DNA from: Candidatus Latescibacterota bacterium
Lineage (GTDB): Bacteria; Latescibacterota; UBA2968; UBA8231
NCBI GenBank assembly: GCA_965206595.1
Contig: OZ242214.1
Coordinates: 2,432,001-2,496,000, forward strand
Direction of reading: 5' to 3'
Length of the DNA: 64,000 bases
Of the stretch, positions 17,261 to 26,766 are shown piece after piece (position 1 is the stretch's first letter; every line of letters starts with the position of its first letter). A program made the translations under genes and the position numbers. The notes beneath the pieces are model-generated. The model was not told the DNA's origin. It searched no databases and worked only from the letters and a program-made list of their open reading frames with translations.

Positions 17261-18154
17261 TCAGCCCCTGTCGGGGAACCGCAGGATCCGCTTGGCCGCG
17301 CCCCCCATGACGGAGTCGTGCTCCTCGTCGCCGACGTCGGGGACCAGCTCCCTCAGCAGCCTCACCATTCTGTCGTACCCCGGCTCGACGCAGATCCAGG
17401 GGAAATCGCTCGCCCACATCAGCCGCCCCGGAAAGGTCCGCAGCAGCAGGCGGGCGTTGTCGGCGAAGTCCCGCCACGGCCACGGCTCCTTGCTGAAGGC
17501 GTAGTGCCCGGAGAACATCATCGCGACGTTGTCGAACCGCGACAGGCGATAGACGTTGTGCATGAGGAAGTACAGGTTGGGGTTGTCGACGTGGGGGCGC
17601 CCGTGCCCGTCCCAGGAAAAGCTCCCGGCCCCGGGGCTGACGCCGAGGTGGTTGAACACCACCCGCACCTGGGGGAACGCCTCGATCAGGTGGCCCGCCG
17701 CGTAGATGTCGGCGTGCCCGAGGTAGAGCCACATCACGTAGTCGCGCTCGGCGGCGTGCTTCCAGATCCGGTAGGTCCCGTAGTCGCGCAGATCCATCGG
17801 GGTCAGGGGATCGCGCGGCCCCCCGAGGCCGCCGAGGCGGAAGCCGATGAACTGCCCGTCGCCGGCGACCCGGTCCATGTGCTCCTCGGGGCTGTCGCAG
17901 TCGCCGGGAATCAGCCCGATCCCCCGGAAGCGGTCGGGGTACGTGTCGACGCAGTGGCGGACGTAGTTGTGGTGCTCGGGCTCGGCGCCCCCCATCTGCG
18001 TCAGCACCGCCTGGTCGATGCCGTTGGCCTCCATCTCGCCGAGCAGCTTCTCCGCGCTCTCCTCGCGGTCCGGCGGGCAGACCTCCGAGACCTCGCGCGG
18101 AAACTGCGCGGACAGTCTGGCGAACACGTGCAGGTGGCAGTCGATCCTCACCAT
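17261..18154 (-). CDS. Amidohydrolase_2 family (lactonase/decarboxylase-like)
   Basis: IDCHLHVF, VVFNHLG, RLMWASDFP. Confidence 0.85.
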   Translation of the reverse strand: MVRIDCHLHVFARLSAQFPREVSEVCPPDREESAEKLLGEMEANGIDQAVLTQMGGAEPEHHNYVRHCVDTYPDRFRGIGLIPGDCDSPEEHMDRVAGDGQFIGFRLGGLGGPRDPLTPMDLRDYGTYRIWKHAAERDYVMWLYLGHADIYAAGHLIEAFPQVRVVFNHLGVSPGAGSFSWDGHGRPHVDNPNLYFLMHNVYRLSRFDNVAMMFSGHYAFSKEPWPWRDFADNARLLLRTFPGRLMWASDFPWICVEPGYDRMVRLLRELVPDVGDEEHDSVMGGAAKRILRFPDRG

Positions 18155-18164
18155 CTCTTCCTCC

Positions 18165-18881
18165 TCATTCCAGTCCGAAAAGGCGCCGGCGCTCCGGCGT
18201 CTTCAGCTTGCCGGCAAGCCCGGCGAAGGCATCGGAGGCGGCCTGTTCCGGGGCGCGCTCGTGGAAGCCCATGATGATCGACTTGCGCGGCGCGCCGGTG
18301 GTGTTGTCCATGGCGGTGTGCAGGCCCCGGTTGTCGAAGAGAACGGCGGTGCCCGCCTTCCCGGTGAAGCAGACGTGCCCCGGCATGGCGTCGTTGCGCC
18401 CGGGGCGGTACCAGGTTCCCGGGGCGGCGAGGTGGCTTCCGGGCACGTAGGCGAACTCCCCTCCCGCGGCAGGCACGTCGTTGACGTAGAGCTGCATCTT
18501 CACCCTGCGCACCCCGTCGTCGTCCCGGTCCGGGTGCCAGCCGGTATAGCTGACCGGCCAGCAGGGCACGGTGCGCACCTGCGGGATGGCCGACAGCACC
18601 GGGTCCCCGCCGCAGAACTCCGCCACCAGCGGGCAGTAGCCCGGGTGGTCGACCAGGTCGATGAAGGCGTCGTCCCTGGCGAACGGATCCGGCACGTCGT
18701 ACCAGGTCGGGGAGGCCTCCCCCCGTTCGATCGCTTCGACCCACTCCTCCCGGCAGGCGTCGGCCCAGTAGTCGAAAGCGGACTGCAGCCGTTGCAGCTG
18801 CTCTCCGGCGATCGCCCCGTCGATACGGACGTACCCCTCCTGCTCCCACTGCCTCCGCTGTTCCTCGGTTGCTCCTGCCAT
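18165..18881 (-). CDS. PhyH-family dioxygenase
   Basis: EQEGYV, GWHPD, YVPGSH, AGTAVLFD..LH. Confidence 0.85.
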   Translation of the reverse strand: MAGATEEQRRQWEQEGYVRIDGAIAGEQLQRLQSAFDYWADACREEWVEAIERGEASPTWYDVPDPFARDDAFIDLVDHPGYCPLVAEFCGGDPVLSAIPQVRTVPCWPVSYTGWHPDRDDDGVRRVKMQLYVNDVPAAGGEFAYVPGSHLAAPGTWYRPGRNDAMPGHVCFTGKAGTAVLFDNRGLHTAMDNTTGAPRKSIIMGFHERAPEQAASDAFAGLAGKLKTPERRRLFGLE

Positions 18882-19257
18882 TCCGTGTCAATCTCCCTTT
18901 CGCTTTGCCGCCCCCGGGCCCCGGGCACTCGATCCGCCTGCCGGGGGGCACCGGATCATCCGGGTTCGTTCCGGGGCTGCTTCGAGCCATCCTGGCCCTC
19001 GGTGAGCCTCCGACCCAAACCCCTCGCCAGCCCCGATTCGCCTCAAGTCCGGCTCGAATCGACCGGCCGAGGCGAATTCCGGCGGGCCGGTAAACGGCCG
19101 GTCGAAGCGGCTGTTTCTACGGCGAAGAGGCCCTACCGGGGCGGGAGATATAGGTCTATTTTCCCGGCACCGGCAAGAACACGCAGCCCTGAAAACCACC
19201 GCGCATCCGAAACCGCGATCCTCCCGCAACACCCCGCGGCATTCCCCGGACCACCCC

Positions 19258-20103
19258 ATGGCGATCCGAACCCACGACTGCAGACCGACCCTCAACGACG
19301 AGCAGGTCCTCGACTTCTGCCGCAAGGGATACCTCGTCCTCGAAGCGGTCGTCCCGGACGACGTCAACGAGAAGTCCTGCGAGCTGATGGACCGCATCGC
19401 CCGCGAGCGCCTGCCGCACGAGACCATCCTCGAGCAGGACTGGTTCGTCGACGGCGTTCTGCTCGAGCCGGCCGCGGCCGGGGCCGTGCGCTCCCTGCTC
19501 GGCCGCAACTTCCGCATCACCATGCCGTTCCTGCACAACCACCGCACCGAGGAGGCGAACCCGAAACCCCAGGCCTGGCACCGCGACGGCGGCTCCAAGC
19601 ACACCCACGAGCTCGACTCCCTGCAGGTGTTCTACTACCCGCAGGACGTCCCCGAAGAGCTCGGACCGACCGACATCCTGCCGGGCTCCCATCTCCTCTA
19701 CGCCGCCAGCCAGTTCATGCAGCACTACCGCAGCTTGCGCGGCGCCGTTTCCACCGCGGCCCCGGCGGGCAGCATCTTCCTGACCGCCTACAACGTCTGG
19801 CACCGCCGCTCGACGTCGACCGCGTCCGGGCCGCGCAACCTGCTGAAATACTGGTACGTCCGCACCTGCCCGCCGCGGCGCGACTGGATCGTGCAGCCCG
19901 ACTTCCCGCTGATGCACGCCTACCACCCGCCCGACGAGTGGTGCGACCACCGCGAGAGCCACCGCGCCCGCGACGACCACGCCGGCATGTTCTTCTGGCT
20001 GTGCGGGGAGTACGACAAGTACCTCGCCGAACGGAACAACCTGCCGGTCTACTACTACGAGAACGACAGGCCGTGCAACTACTGCGGCGGCGTGGTGAGT
20101 TGA
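19258..20103 (+). CDS. PhyH-family dioxygenase
   Basis: KGYLVLE, AWHRD, ILPGSH, AGSIFL...WH. Confidence 0.85.
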   Translation: MAIRTHDCRPTLNDEQVLDFCRKGYLVLEAVVPDDVNEKSCELMDRIARERLPHETILEQDWFVDGVLLEPAAAGAVRSLLGRNFRITMPFLHNHRTEEANPKPQAWHRDGGSKHTHELDSLQVFYYPQDVPEELGPTDILPGSHLLYAASQFMQHYRSLRGAVSTAAPAGSIFLTAYNVWHRRSTSTASGPRNLLKYWYVRTCPPRRDWIVQPDFPLMHAYHPPDEWCDHRESHRARDDHAGMFFWLCGEYDKYLAERNNLPVYYYENDRPCNYCGGVVS

Positions 20104-20206
20104 TTCATATCGATTGACCGGCCTCGCCGGGCCCTTCGACGGCCATCGGCGAGCGCGAGGCCGGGCTTGCCCGGTCCCCTTTCAGGCCATCACAGGAGAG
20201 GAATCC

Positions 20207-22084
20207 TTGGCGACCTTCACGAGCACGAAACGAACGACGCCGCCGGTATGGGCGGTTCTCGAACGGCAGCTGATCGACGCCCTCAACCAGGCGGCGCCGG
20301 TCTACATCGACAAGTACACGCGCACCGGCGGCTCCCTCGTCTGGACCGAGCAGTACCCCGGAGACGGGGTCTGGGTCGACGATCTCTACGAGGCCTTCTT
20401 CAACTGGCCCCTGCTCTACGCCCTCGGGGGAAGCGAGTACATCGGCGAGAAGGCGGTCGACCAGTGGAACGCCGTGACCCGCCAGATCACCTACGACTAC
20501 GGCCGCATCGCCAGGGAGTTCGTCTGCGACGACGACTGGTTCCACAGCAGCGAGAACTACGTCTACTTCTACGCCATCGGCCTCGCCGACCCGGCCAACG
20601 CCGAGATGATGCGCCGGGCGCGGCGCTTCTCCGGCTTCTACATGGCCGAAGACCCCGAGGTGCCCAACTACGACCCGGAGCACCGCATCGTCCGCTCGCC
20701 GTTCAGCGGCAGCGCCGGCCCGATGTTCCACGCCCGCTGGGACGACGTGCAGTACAACATCGAGCACGGCCACGTAAAGCTTTCCCCGACCTTCGAGATC
20801 CCTCCCGAGTGGATGGAGCGCCGGTCGACCCCGGGCGAGCGGGAATCGCACCGCAGCCAAGGGGGCGACGCCGGCCTCTGGTTCGAGGATCCCGCCAAGC
20901 GGGAGCGAATCCATGCGATGTTCGACAAGATCGTCATGGAGGGAGACGTGCCGGTGAACCTCGGCGTCGTCGGCCTCGTCGCCCACACCTACACCCTGAC
21001 CGGCGACGACAAGTACCGCACCTGGATCGCCGACTACGTCGAGGCCTGGATGGAGCGGATCGAGCGGAACGGGGGGATCATTCCCGACAACGTCGGCCTC
21101 AACGGCGGCATCGGCGAGAACCGGCAGGGGCAGTGGTGGGGCGGCTTCTACGGCTGGGCGGCGTCCTCCTCCTACCAGATGATGTTCAACGCCATGACCG
21201 TGGCCTCGACCTGCGCCCACCTGGTCACCGGCGACAAGGGCTACCTCGACCTCGCCCGCTCGCAGTTCGACATGCTCCTCGAGCGCGCCGTCGAAAGGGA
21301 CGGGCGCGTGCTCATCCCCTACCGCCACAACGAGGAGGGCTGGATCGGCCACGCGCCGATGGGGCACCAGCAGCCGATTCAGCTGTGGTTCGCCTCGCAG
21401 GAGGAGAGGGACTGGCAGCGCCTCGAAACGATCCGCAGGGGGGCGGAGGAGGAGTGGGGCAGCGTGCGCCAGAACGACCCGCGCGGCGGCGACGACCGCG
21501 CCTGGACCCGCTACCTCGCCGGCGACTGCCCCGGCTTCCCCGAGGCGGTGCTGCAGGCCAACTACCGGGAGATGATGCGGCGCATGGACCTGATCGAAAG
21601 CGACGACGCCGACCTCACCGACCTGTCGCAGACCGACGAGCACCACTGGCTGCAGCGCAACCCGGTGGTCACCGAGGCGCTGCAGCTGCTGACCACCGGC
21701 GGCCCCCAGACCAACTACTGGGGCGGCCTCGCACGCGGCCGCGTGCGCTACTTCGACCGCGGCAGGCAGCGTCCCGGCCTGCCCGACGACGTCGCCGCCC
21801 TGGTGTCGGCGGTGCGGCCGGACGGCATCGACCTCACCCTGGTCAACCTCAGCCCGCACCGGAGCCGCGAGCTCACCGTGCAGGCCGGCGCCTTCGGCGA
21901 GCACCGCTTCAGCACCGCCTCGGAGGGCGGAGATTCCGCGGCGGGGGTCCCCGTCAACGGCAGGCATTTCGACGTCGAGCTGCGGCCCGGCACCGAGATC
22001 GAGCTCCGGCTCGGCATGGACCTGCACTGCCACCGGCCGGGCTGCGCCTTTCCCTGGCACGGGGACCCCATCCCGTTCCGGTGA
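20207..22084 (+). CDS. Conserved hypothetical protein, probable alpha/alpha-toroid glycoside hydrolase-like
   Basis: About 625-aa ORF with strong GC3 bias, RBS then TTG, DDLYEAFFNWPLLYALGG, W/Y/D-rich. Confidence 0.6.
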   Translation: MATFTSTKRTTPPVWAVLERQLIDALNQAAPVYIDKYTRTGGSLVWTEQYPGDGVWVDDLYEAFFNWPLLYALGGSEYIGEKAVDQWNAVTRQITYDYGRIAREFVCDDDWFHSSENYVYFYAIGLADPANAEMMRRARRFSGFYMAEDPEVPNYDPEHRIVRSPFSGSAGPMFHARWDDVQYNIEHGHVKLSPTFEIPPEWMERRSTPGERESHRSQGGDAGLWFEDPAKRERIHAMFDKIVMEGDVPVNLGVVGLVAHTYTLTGDDKYRTWIADYVEAWMERIERNGGIIPDNVGLNGGIGENRQGQWWGGFYGWAASSSYQMMFNAMTVASTCAHLVTGDKGYLDLARSQFDMLLERAVERDGRVLIPYRHNEEGWIGHAPMGHQQPIQLWFASQEERDWQRLETIRRGAEEEWGSVRQNDPRGGDDRAWTRYLAGDCPGFPEAVLQANYREMMRRMDLIESDDADLTDLSQTDEHHWLQRNPVVTEALQLLTTGGPQTNYWGGLARGRVRYFDRGRQRPGLPDDVAALVSAVRPDGIDLTLVNLSPHRSRELTVQAGAFGEHRFSTASEGGDSAAGVPVNGRHFDVELRPGTEIELRLGMDLHCHRPGCAFPWHGDPIPFR

Positions 22085-22094
22085 AGCGGGGACT

Positions 22095-24362
22095 TCACGG
22101 CGACTGACTCAAAACCCGTTTCACGCGCGCGAGCCGTTCCTTCAAACCGGCGTCCCCCGGCGCTTTTTCCAGGGCGGTGCGGTAGACATCCCGAGCCTCG
22201 GACAAACGTCCACTCTCCTCGAGCACGGATCCCAGTCTTGAGTAGTACTTCACCCCGTTTGAATCCAGCCGGATGGCGGTTCGGTAATAGTCGGCGGCGA
22301 TGTCCCGGTTACCTTCGGTGTAGGAAATATTCCCCAGATAGAAGTGGACCTTCGAGGCGGTCGGTTTCAGCTCGAGGGCCTGTTCTAGCGCCTCCCTGGT
22401 ACCGGCTGGTTCCCCTTGGTGCGCCTCTGCGAGGAATATGAAGGTTTTGTACTGCTCATCCGGATCATTTTCCAACTCTAATGAGAGACGATAAGAAGAA
22501 ACCGCTTTCTCCTGCCGACCTGCTTCATGGTGCAACTTTCCAAGTAGCCGGTAAACTGGACCCGAAGGAAAAGTCTTTACGACCTCGGACAGCCGATCGG
22601 AGGCTGCGTTCCAGACCTTCAGGGCGCGCTCATATTCTCCTTGTTCCGCGTACGCTTCTCCCACTTGGAGCGCAGCTACGGCCCATAAACTTTGGTTCTT
22701 TACATCTTGGTTCAAAATGATAGGCTGGGATTGCTTTGAGAACGCGCTCTCGAATGCGGCCGCGGCCTCCTCGTACAGTCCGGCCTCAATGAGAACCTGC
22801 CCCAGGTGTTTGTAATACCGGACCTTCCTTTTCTGATCCGAGGTCGGTGTCAGCGCAATCGCTTCCTGAAAGAAGCTGGCGGCCATCAGAGGCTCTTTTC
22901 GATGACTCTGATAGTAGAACCCCTGCGTAAATGCGGTGTAGTGGGGCCCTTGGTTGGTGACCGTGACGAGGTTGCCCAGCCGCTCCAGCGCCTTTTCCGG
23001 ATCGCAGTTGATGCCGACCCAGAGGGCGGTATGCATCCCCATGACCGGTACGATCGCTGCGGCCGCCCGCGCGGCGCTGAAACCTCCGGCTTTCGCCATG
23101 CAGGAAAACCCCCAGAGGGCGCAGAACAGCCCGGGGAAGCTCATCAGGTCCCAGTCCCTGCCGCCGAGGTAGGCATCGTGGGCGAACATCAAAACCAGGG
23201 GACCCAGCGCCGACCAGCGCAGGAACCGCACATCCGGATCCGTCTCCCGTCTGGACAGGGTGAACGCTCCTGCCCAGATCAGGCCGAAAGGGGAAACGAG
23301 CAGGGCGGCGTTCAGCAGGAACAGCAGATGGCCGGGGGACAGAAGCCCGTAAGTCCCTTTATCGGTATCGGCGAACAGCGGCAGTGAGTGGGGATAGATC
23401 TTCGAATACAGCACCCATGCGGCGACTATGGCTACAGGTACGGCGATCCGGGGAATCCGCCTGGCGAGGAGAGCTTCGATCCTGGCCGACCTGTGTTTCC
23501 GCCAGACCAGAAAGAGGAAGGAAGGCACCAGACAGAGCGCCATGGCGTGAAGGCTTGCCGAAAGCGCCAGGGCGAGGGCCGGCCAGGCAACGCCACCTCC
23601 CCGCAACGACCGCAGCGCCGCGAGGACGTACCAGCAGGATGCTAGGGTGACGAGGGTGTAGCTCTCTCCGTACCCGAAGAACAGCTGCAGGGAGCCGAGC
23701 GTGATCAGGAACAGGAACAGCGGCATCTGCTCTTCCCGCCGCCGCCCCAGCAGGCACGAGATCTTCCAAAGGCAGACGACGAAGAGAAGGCCCGCGGCGC
23801 AGCTGACCGTCTCGTACGCGTCCTTGGGCTCGAAGCCCGCCAAGGTCGAGCCGATATCGTACACCTTCAGGTGAAGGAAAAAATCAAGGGGCTCGAACAA
23901 CGGGATGAACTCCCATCCTTCCAGTGGGATTCCCCTGATCCAGGCGAGCCGCTGCCGGCCCTCCTCCGTCATGGCATGATCGAGATTATTGAACAACAGA
24001 TCGCTGTCGCCCAGATGGTGGTGCTGGTCCCGGAACCCATAGGCGAGGAGAAGAAACAGGATCAGGCAGAACGCCTTTAACGCGGCGGCTAAGGGAATGG
24101 GGCGCGCCGCTCTCGTGAAGAAGGCTGCGAGGGGTTCGTACAGGCCTGGAACCGCGGCGATCAGAATCGCTGCTGCGGCAATCGACAGGAATACAACGGA
24201 AAACCAGCCGGGGTAGTAGCTGAGTTGATCGACCCCCCAGAAGGTGGCGGGGTATTTCCGGCCGGCAACATGCAGGAGCACGTACCCGGCGCAGGGGGCG
24301 ATCACGAGCGCCCCGAGGGACAACCAGCGGCTACCGCGTTCCGACACCGTCAACGGGGTCAT
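22095..24362 (-). CDS. Polytopic membrane protein (GT-C-like) with C-terminal TPRs
   Basis: About 12 hydrophobic segments, GYGESY, RDWDL, then tandem TPR-like helices. Confidence 0.7.
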   Translation of the reverse strand: MTPLTVSERGSRWLSLGALVIAPCAGYVLLHVAGRKYPATFWGVDQLSYYPGWFSVVFLSIAAAAILIAAVPGLYEPLAAFFTRAARPIPLAAALKAFCLILFLLLAYGFRDQHHHLGDSDLLFNNLDHAMTEEGRQRLAWIRGIPLEGWEFIPLFEPLDFFLHLKVYDIGSTLAGFEPKDAYETVSCAAGLLFVVCLWKISCLLGRRREEQMPLFLFLITLGSLQLFFGYGESYTLVTLASCWYVLAALRSLRGGGVAWPALALALSASLHAMALCLVPSFLFLVWRKHRSARIEALLARRIPRIAVPVAIVAAWVLYSKIYPHSLPLFADTDKGTYGLLSPGHLLFLLNAALLVSPFGLIWAGAFTLSRRETDPDVRFLRWSALGPLVLMFAHDAYLGGRDWDLMSFPGLFCALWGFSCMAKAGGFSAARAAAAIVPVMGMHTALWVGINCDPEKALERLGNLVTVTNQGPHYTAFTQGFYYQSHRKEPLMAASFFQEAIALTPTSDQKRKVRYYKHLGQVLIEAGLYEEAAAAFESAFSKQSQPIILNQDVKNQSLWAVAALQVGEAYAEQGEYERALKVWNAASDRLSEVVKTFPSGPVYRLLGKLHHEAGRQEKAVSSYRLSLELENDPDEQYKTFIFLAEAHQGEPAGTREALEQALELKPTASKVHFYLGNISYTEGNRDIAADYYRTAIRLDSNGVKYYSRLGSVLEESGRLSEARDVYRTALEKAPGDAGLKERLARVKRVLSQSP

Positions 24363-25125
24363 CCACGTCGACGACGGCGCGCGCCTCCGGCGACAGCCGC
24401 GCCACCGTCCCGGGGCTGAGCCAGCGGCGCTGGTCGGTCTGCTGCGGGACGCTGCGGCGGCAGTAGTACCCGTGCATGCCCCAGCGCTTGCGGCCGCTGG
24501 CGTTGAACGTCCCCCCGTGCCAGAGGTGTCCGTTGAAGACCACCACCGTCCCGGCCGGCGCCTGCAGCTGCAGCTGCTCAGGGTGAGGGTCCGTGGGATC
24601 TTCCATCGCCTCGGCAGGGGTCTTGCGGCTCAGGTGCGATCCCGGCACCACGCGGGTGGCGCCGTTCTCCGCGGTGAAGTCCGTCAGCAGCCAGACCGAG
24701 TTGCAGACCTGGAACTCCCCCGGTTCGACCCCCGTTCCCCAGTCGGCGTGCAGGCCCTGCAGCCCCTGCCCCGGGTGGGATGCCCGGGCATTGAGGGAGG
24801 ACAGCCTGAGATCGTCGCCGATGACGTGACGGACCGCCGCCAGCAACCTGCGGTCGGTGACGCATTTCTCGAACAGCGGGTCCTTGTCGATCAGGTTGGA
24901 CAGACGCGTGGTGCCCTCCTCCTGGTGCACCTCCTTGCCGGCCTCCTCCCCCTCCTCTTCGGCTAGCTCCTCGAGGCGGGCGGCGAAGGCAGCCACCTCG
25001 GCCGGGGTCAGTAGGTCGGCGAGCGGCAGGTACCCCTGCTCATCGAGGAGGGCCTTCTCCTCCTTCGAAAGCACGCCGTCGTGCACCCCGAGGCTGGCGA
25101 GGGCTTCCCGGATCTCCATGGTCAT
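24331..25125 (-). CDS. PhyH-family dioxygenase
   Basis: EQGYL, LHADW, ENGATRVVPGSH, FNGHLWHGG. Confidence 0.9.
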   Translation of the reverse strand: MTMEIREALASLGVHDGVLSKEEKALLDEQGYLPLADLLTPAEVAAFAARLEELAEEEGEEAGKEVHQEEGTTRLSNLIDKDPLFEKCVTDRRLLAAVRHVIGDDLRLSSLNARASHPGQGLQGLHADWGTGVEPGEFQVCNSVWLLTDFTAENGATRVVPGSHLSRKTPAEAMEDPTDPHPEQLQLQAPAGTVVVFNGHLWHGGTFNASGRKRWGMHGYYCRRSVPQQTDQRRWLSPGTVARLSPEARAVVDVDDPVDGVGTR

Positions 25126-25154
25126 TTCCGCCTGACTCCCCGGGGCTTACGCGG

Positions 25155-26060
25155 TCACGACATCCACGGGTACATCTCCCCGGCGAACGGGGCCGGCTCC
25201 TGCGGCCGCGGGTATCCGACCTTTTTCGGGTGCTTCTCCAGCGCCTCTTCCCAGGCCGCGGCCCACTCCTCGTAGGCAGTCAGCGCCCCGGGGTTCTCGC
25301 GGCTTCTCGCCACCATGCCCGGCCATTCCGGTCTCGGGGAGGGGGTGCCGAGCCGCTGGTAGCGCAGGTCCATGCTCCAGCGGATGCCGCCGGTCGCGTT
25401 GGGCCCGGAGCCGTGCGGGCAGAGCTTGTGGATGAAGATCACGTCCCCCTTCCGCATCGGCACGGTCGCCTCCTCGTACTCGGGGAGCGAGCCGCCCCAG
25501 TACACGATTCCGCTCCTGTGCACCCCCGGCCCGACCTGCAGGCAGCCGTTCTCCGCGGTGGCCTCGTTCAGCGGCAACCAGACCGTCAGCACGAAGAGGT
25601 CCCGCGCCTCGGGAGTGGTGAAGATCGCGTCCTGGTGCCGGCCGGCGATGTTGGAATCCCTGTTCCGCGATTCGTCCGAGGGTAGCTTGGCGCGGATGTG
25701 GGAGATGGAGTTGCAGGCGATCTCCGGCCCGACGAACCCCTCGACCAGGTCGAGGAGATTCCGGTTGCGCATGAACTCGAAGGTCCCCCGCCGGCGCGCC
25801 TGGCCGATGTCGAGGAACTCGTCCGAATCGAAGTAGGTCCCCTCGTCCTCGTCGCAGATGCGCGCCAGCCGCGTGTCGAACGGCTCCTCTTCGTACAGGC
25901 GGGAGATCCGTCCCTCGGCGTGCAGCTTCTTCGCCAGCTCGTCGACGATGGCGGAGTAGTCGTCGATCACCGGCTGCAGGTCGCCGTCGGTCAGCGCCCC
26001 CTCGACGACGACGTATCCCTGGTCGACGAACTGCTCCCGGTGTCGTTCGCTCAGTTTCAT
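25155..26060 (-). CDS. PhyH-family dioxygenase
   Basis: DQGYVVV, HQD, ENGCL, HGSGPN..RWSMDLRY. Confidence 0.9.
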   Translation of the reverse strand: MKLSERHREQFVDQGYVVVEGALTDGDLQPVIDDYSAIVDELAKKLHAEGRISRLYEEEPFDTRLARICDEDEGTYFDSDEFLDIGQARRRGTFEFMRNRNLLDLVEGFVGPEIACNSISHIRAKLPSDESRNRDSNIAGRHQDAIFTTPEARDLFVLTVWLPLNEATAENGCLQVGPGVHRSGIVYWGGSLPEYEEATVPMRKGDVIFIHKLCPHGSGPNATGGIRWSMDLRYQRLGTPSPRPEWPGMVARSRENPGALTAYEEWAAAWEEALEKHPKKVGYPRPQEPAPFAGEMYPWMS

Positions 26061-26766
26061 GTTCGCTCTCCATGTGCCCTTCGGCTCGAGTATCCACGCC
26101 TGCCATCCTCAACAGCGGATAAAACCCATCTTCAGGAACGGAAATAAGGGTTTTCAAGGGCCCGAACCGCAAGGTGGCTGCCCGGCAGTATCGGGTGAGA
26201 TGGGGCGGTGCGGAACGCGGATGGGCAGGTCTCCTGGAGACACTGCTCCCAACTCCGCCTGGCCTCATCTGGACCGTGCCCGCGCCGACCGGACACTGGC
26301 TGCAGAATCGGCTTGCTGTTCGGATGCGGGTCCAGCGGCTCTGCCGTAGAGTAACCTCGCGAACCTCCGTGGCCGCCGTTCCCCCCCGGTGCCGGAGAAT
26401 CGCCCCCGGGCGCGGCTCGAGAGAGGGATGCGACGGCTGCGTGCCCCGGTGAAACGGACGATCCGCCTTGAGCGCGGGCGGCCCATGGTCTTATATCCTC
26501 GCCGGTGAAACAGCCTGGCCTACTAGTGCCTGCGCCCGCAGGCATTCACTGTGCGCCCTGGATCCACAGTGATTTCCGCCCACCAGTCAGCAGGTCCTAT
26601 GGACCCCCAACCGCTCAACGATTTCGGACCGGAATTCAACCCTTCTACGACGCCGCAATCGCGTGGGAGTGTGAGCAGCCTCTCCGGCTGCGAGCCAGGC
26701 CGGTGCGCCTGCGGATCGCAGGTGAATCGATGAAGCCGTACCCTCCTCAGTCCGCCGGCGCCTGAC

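Noticed and set aside
26061-26766. 700-bp gap as a possible riboswitch or small gene
   Set aside because: No riboswitch consensus or credible ORF recognised; treated as a divergent promoter region.
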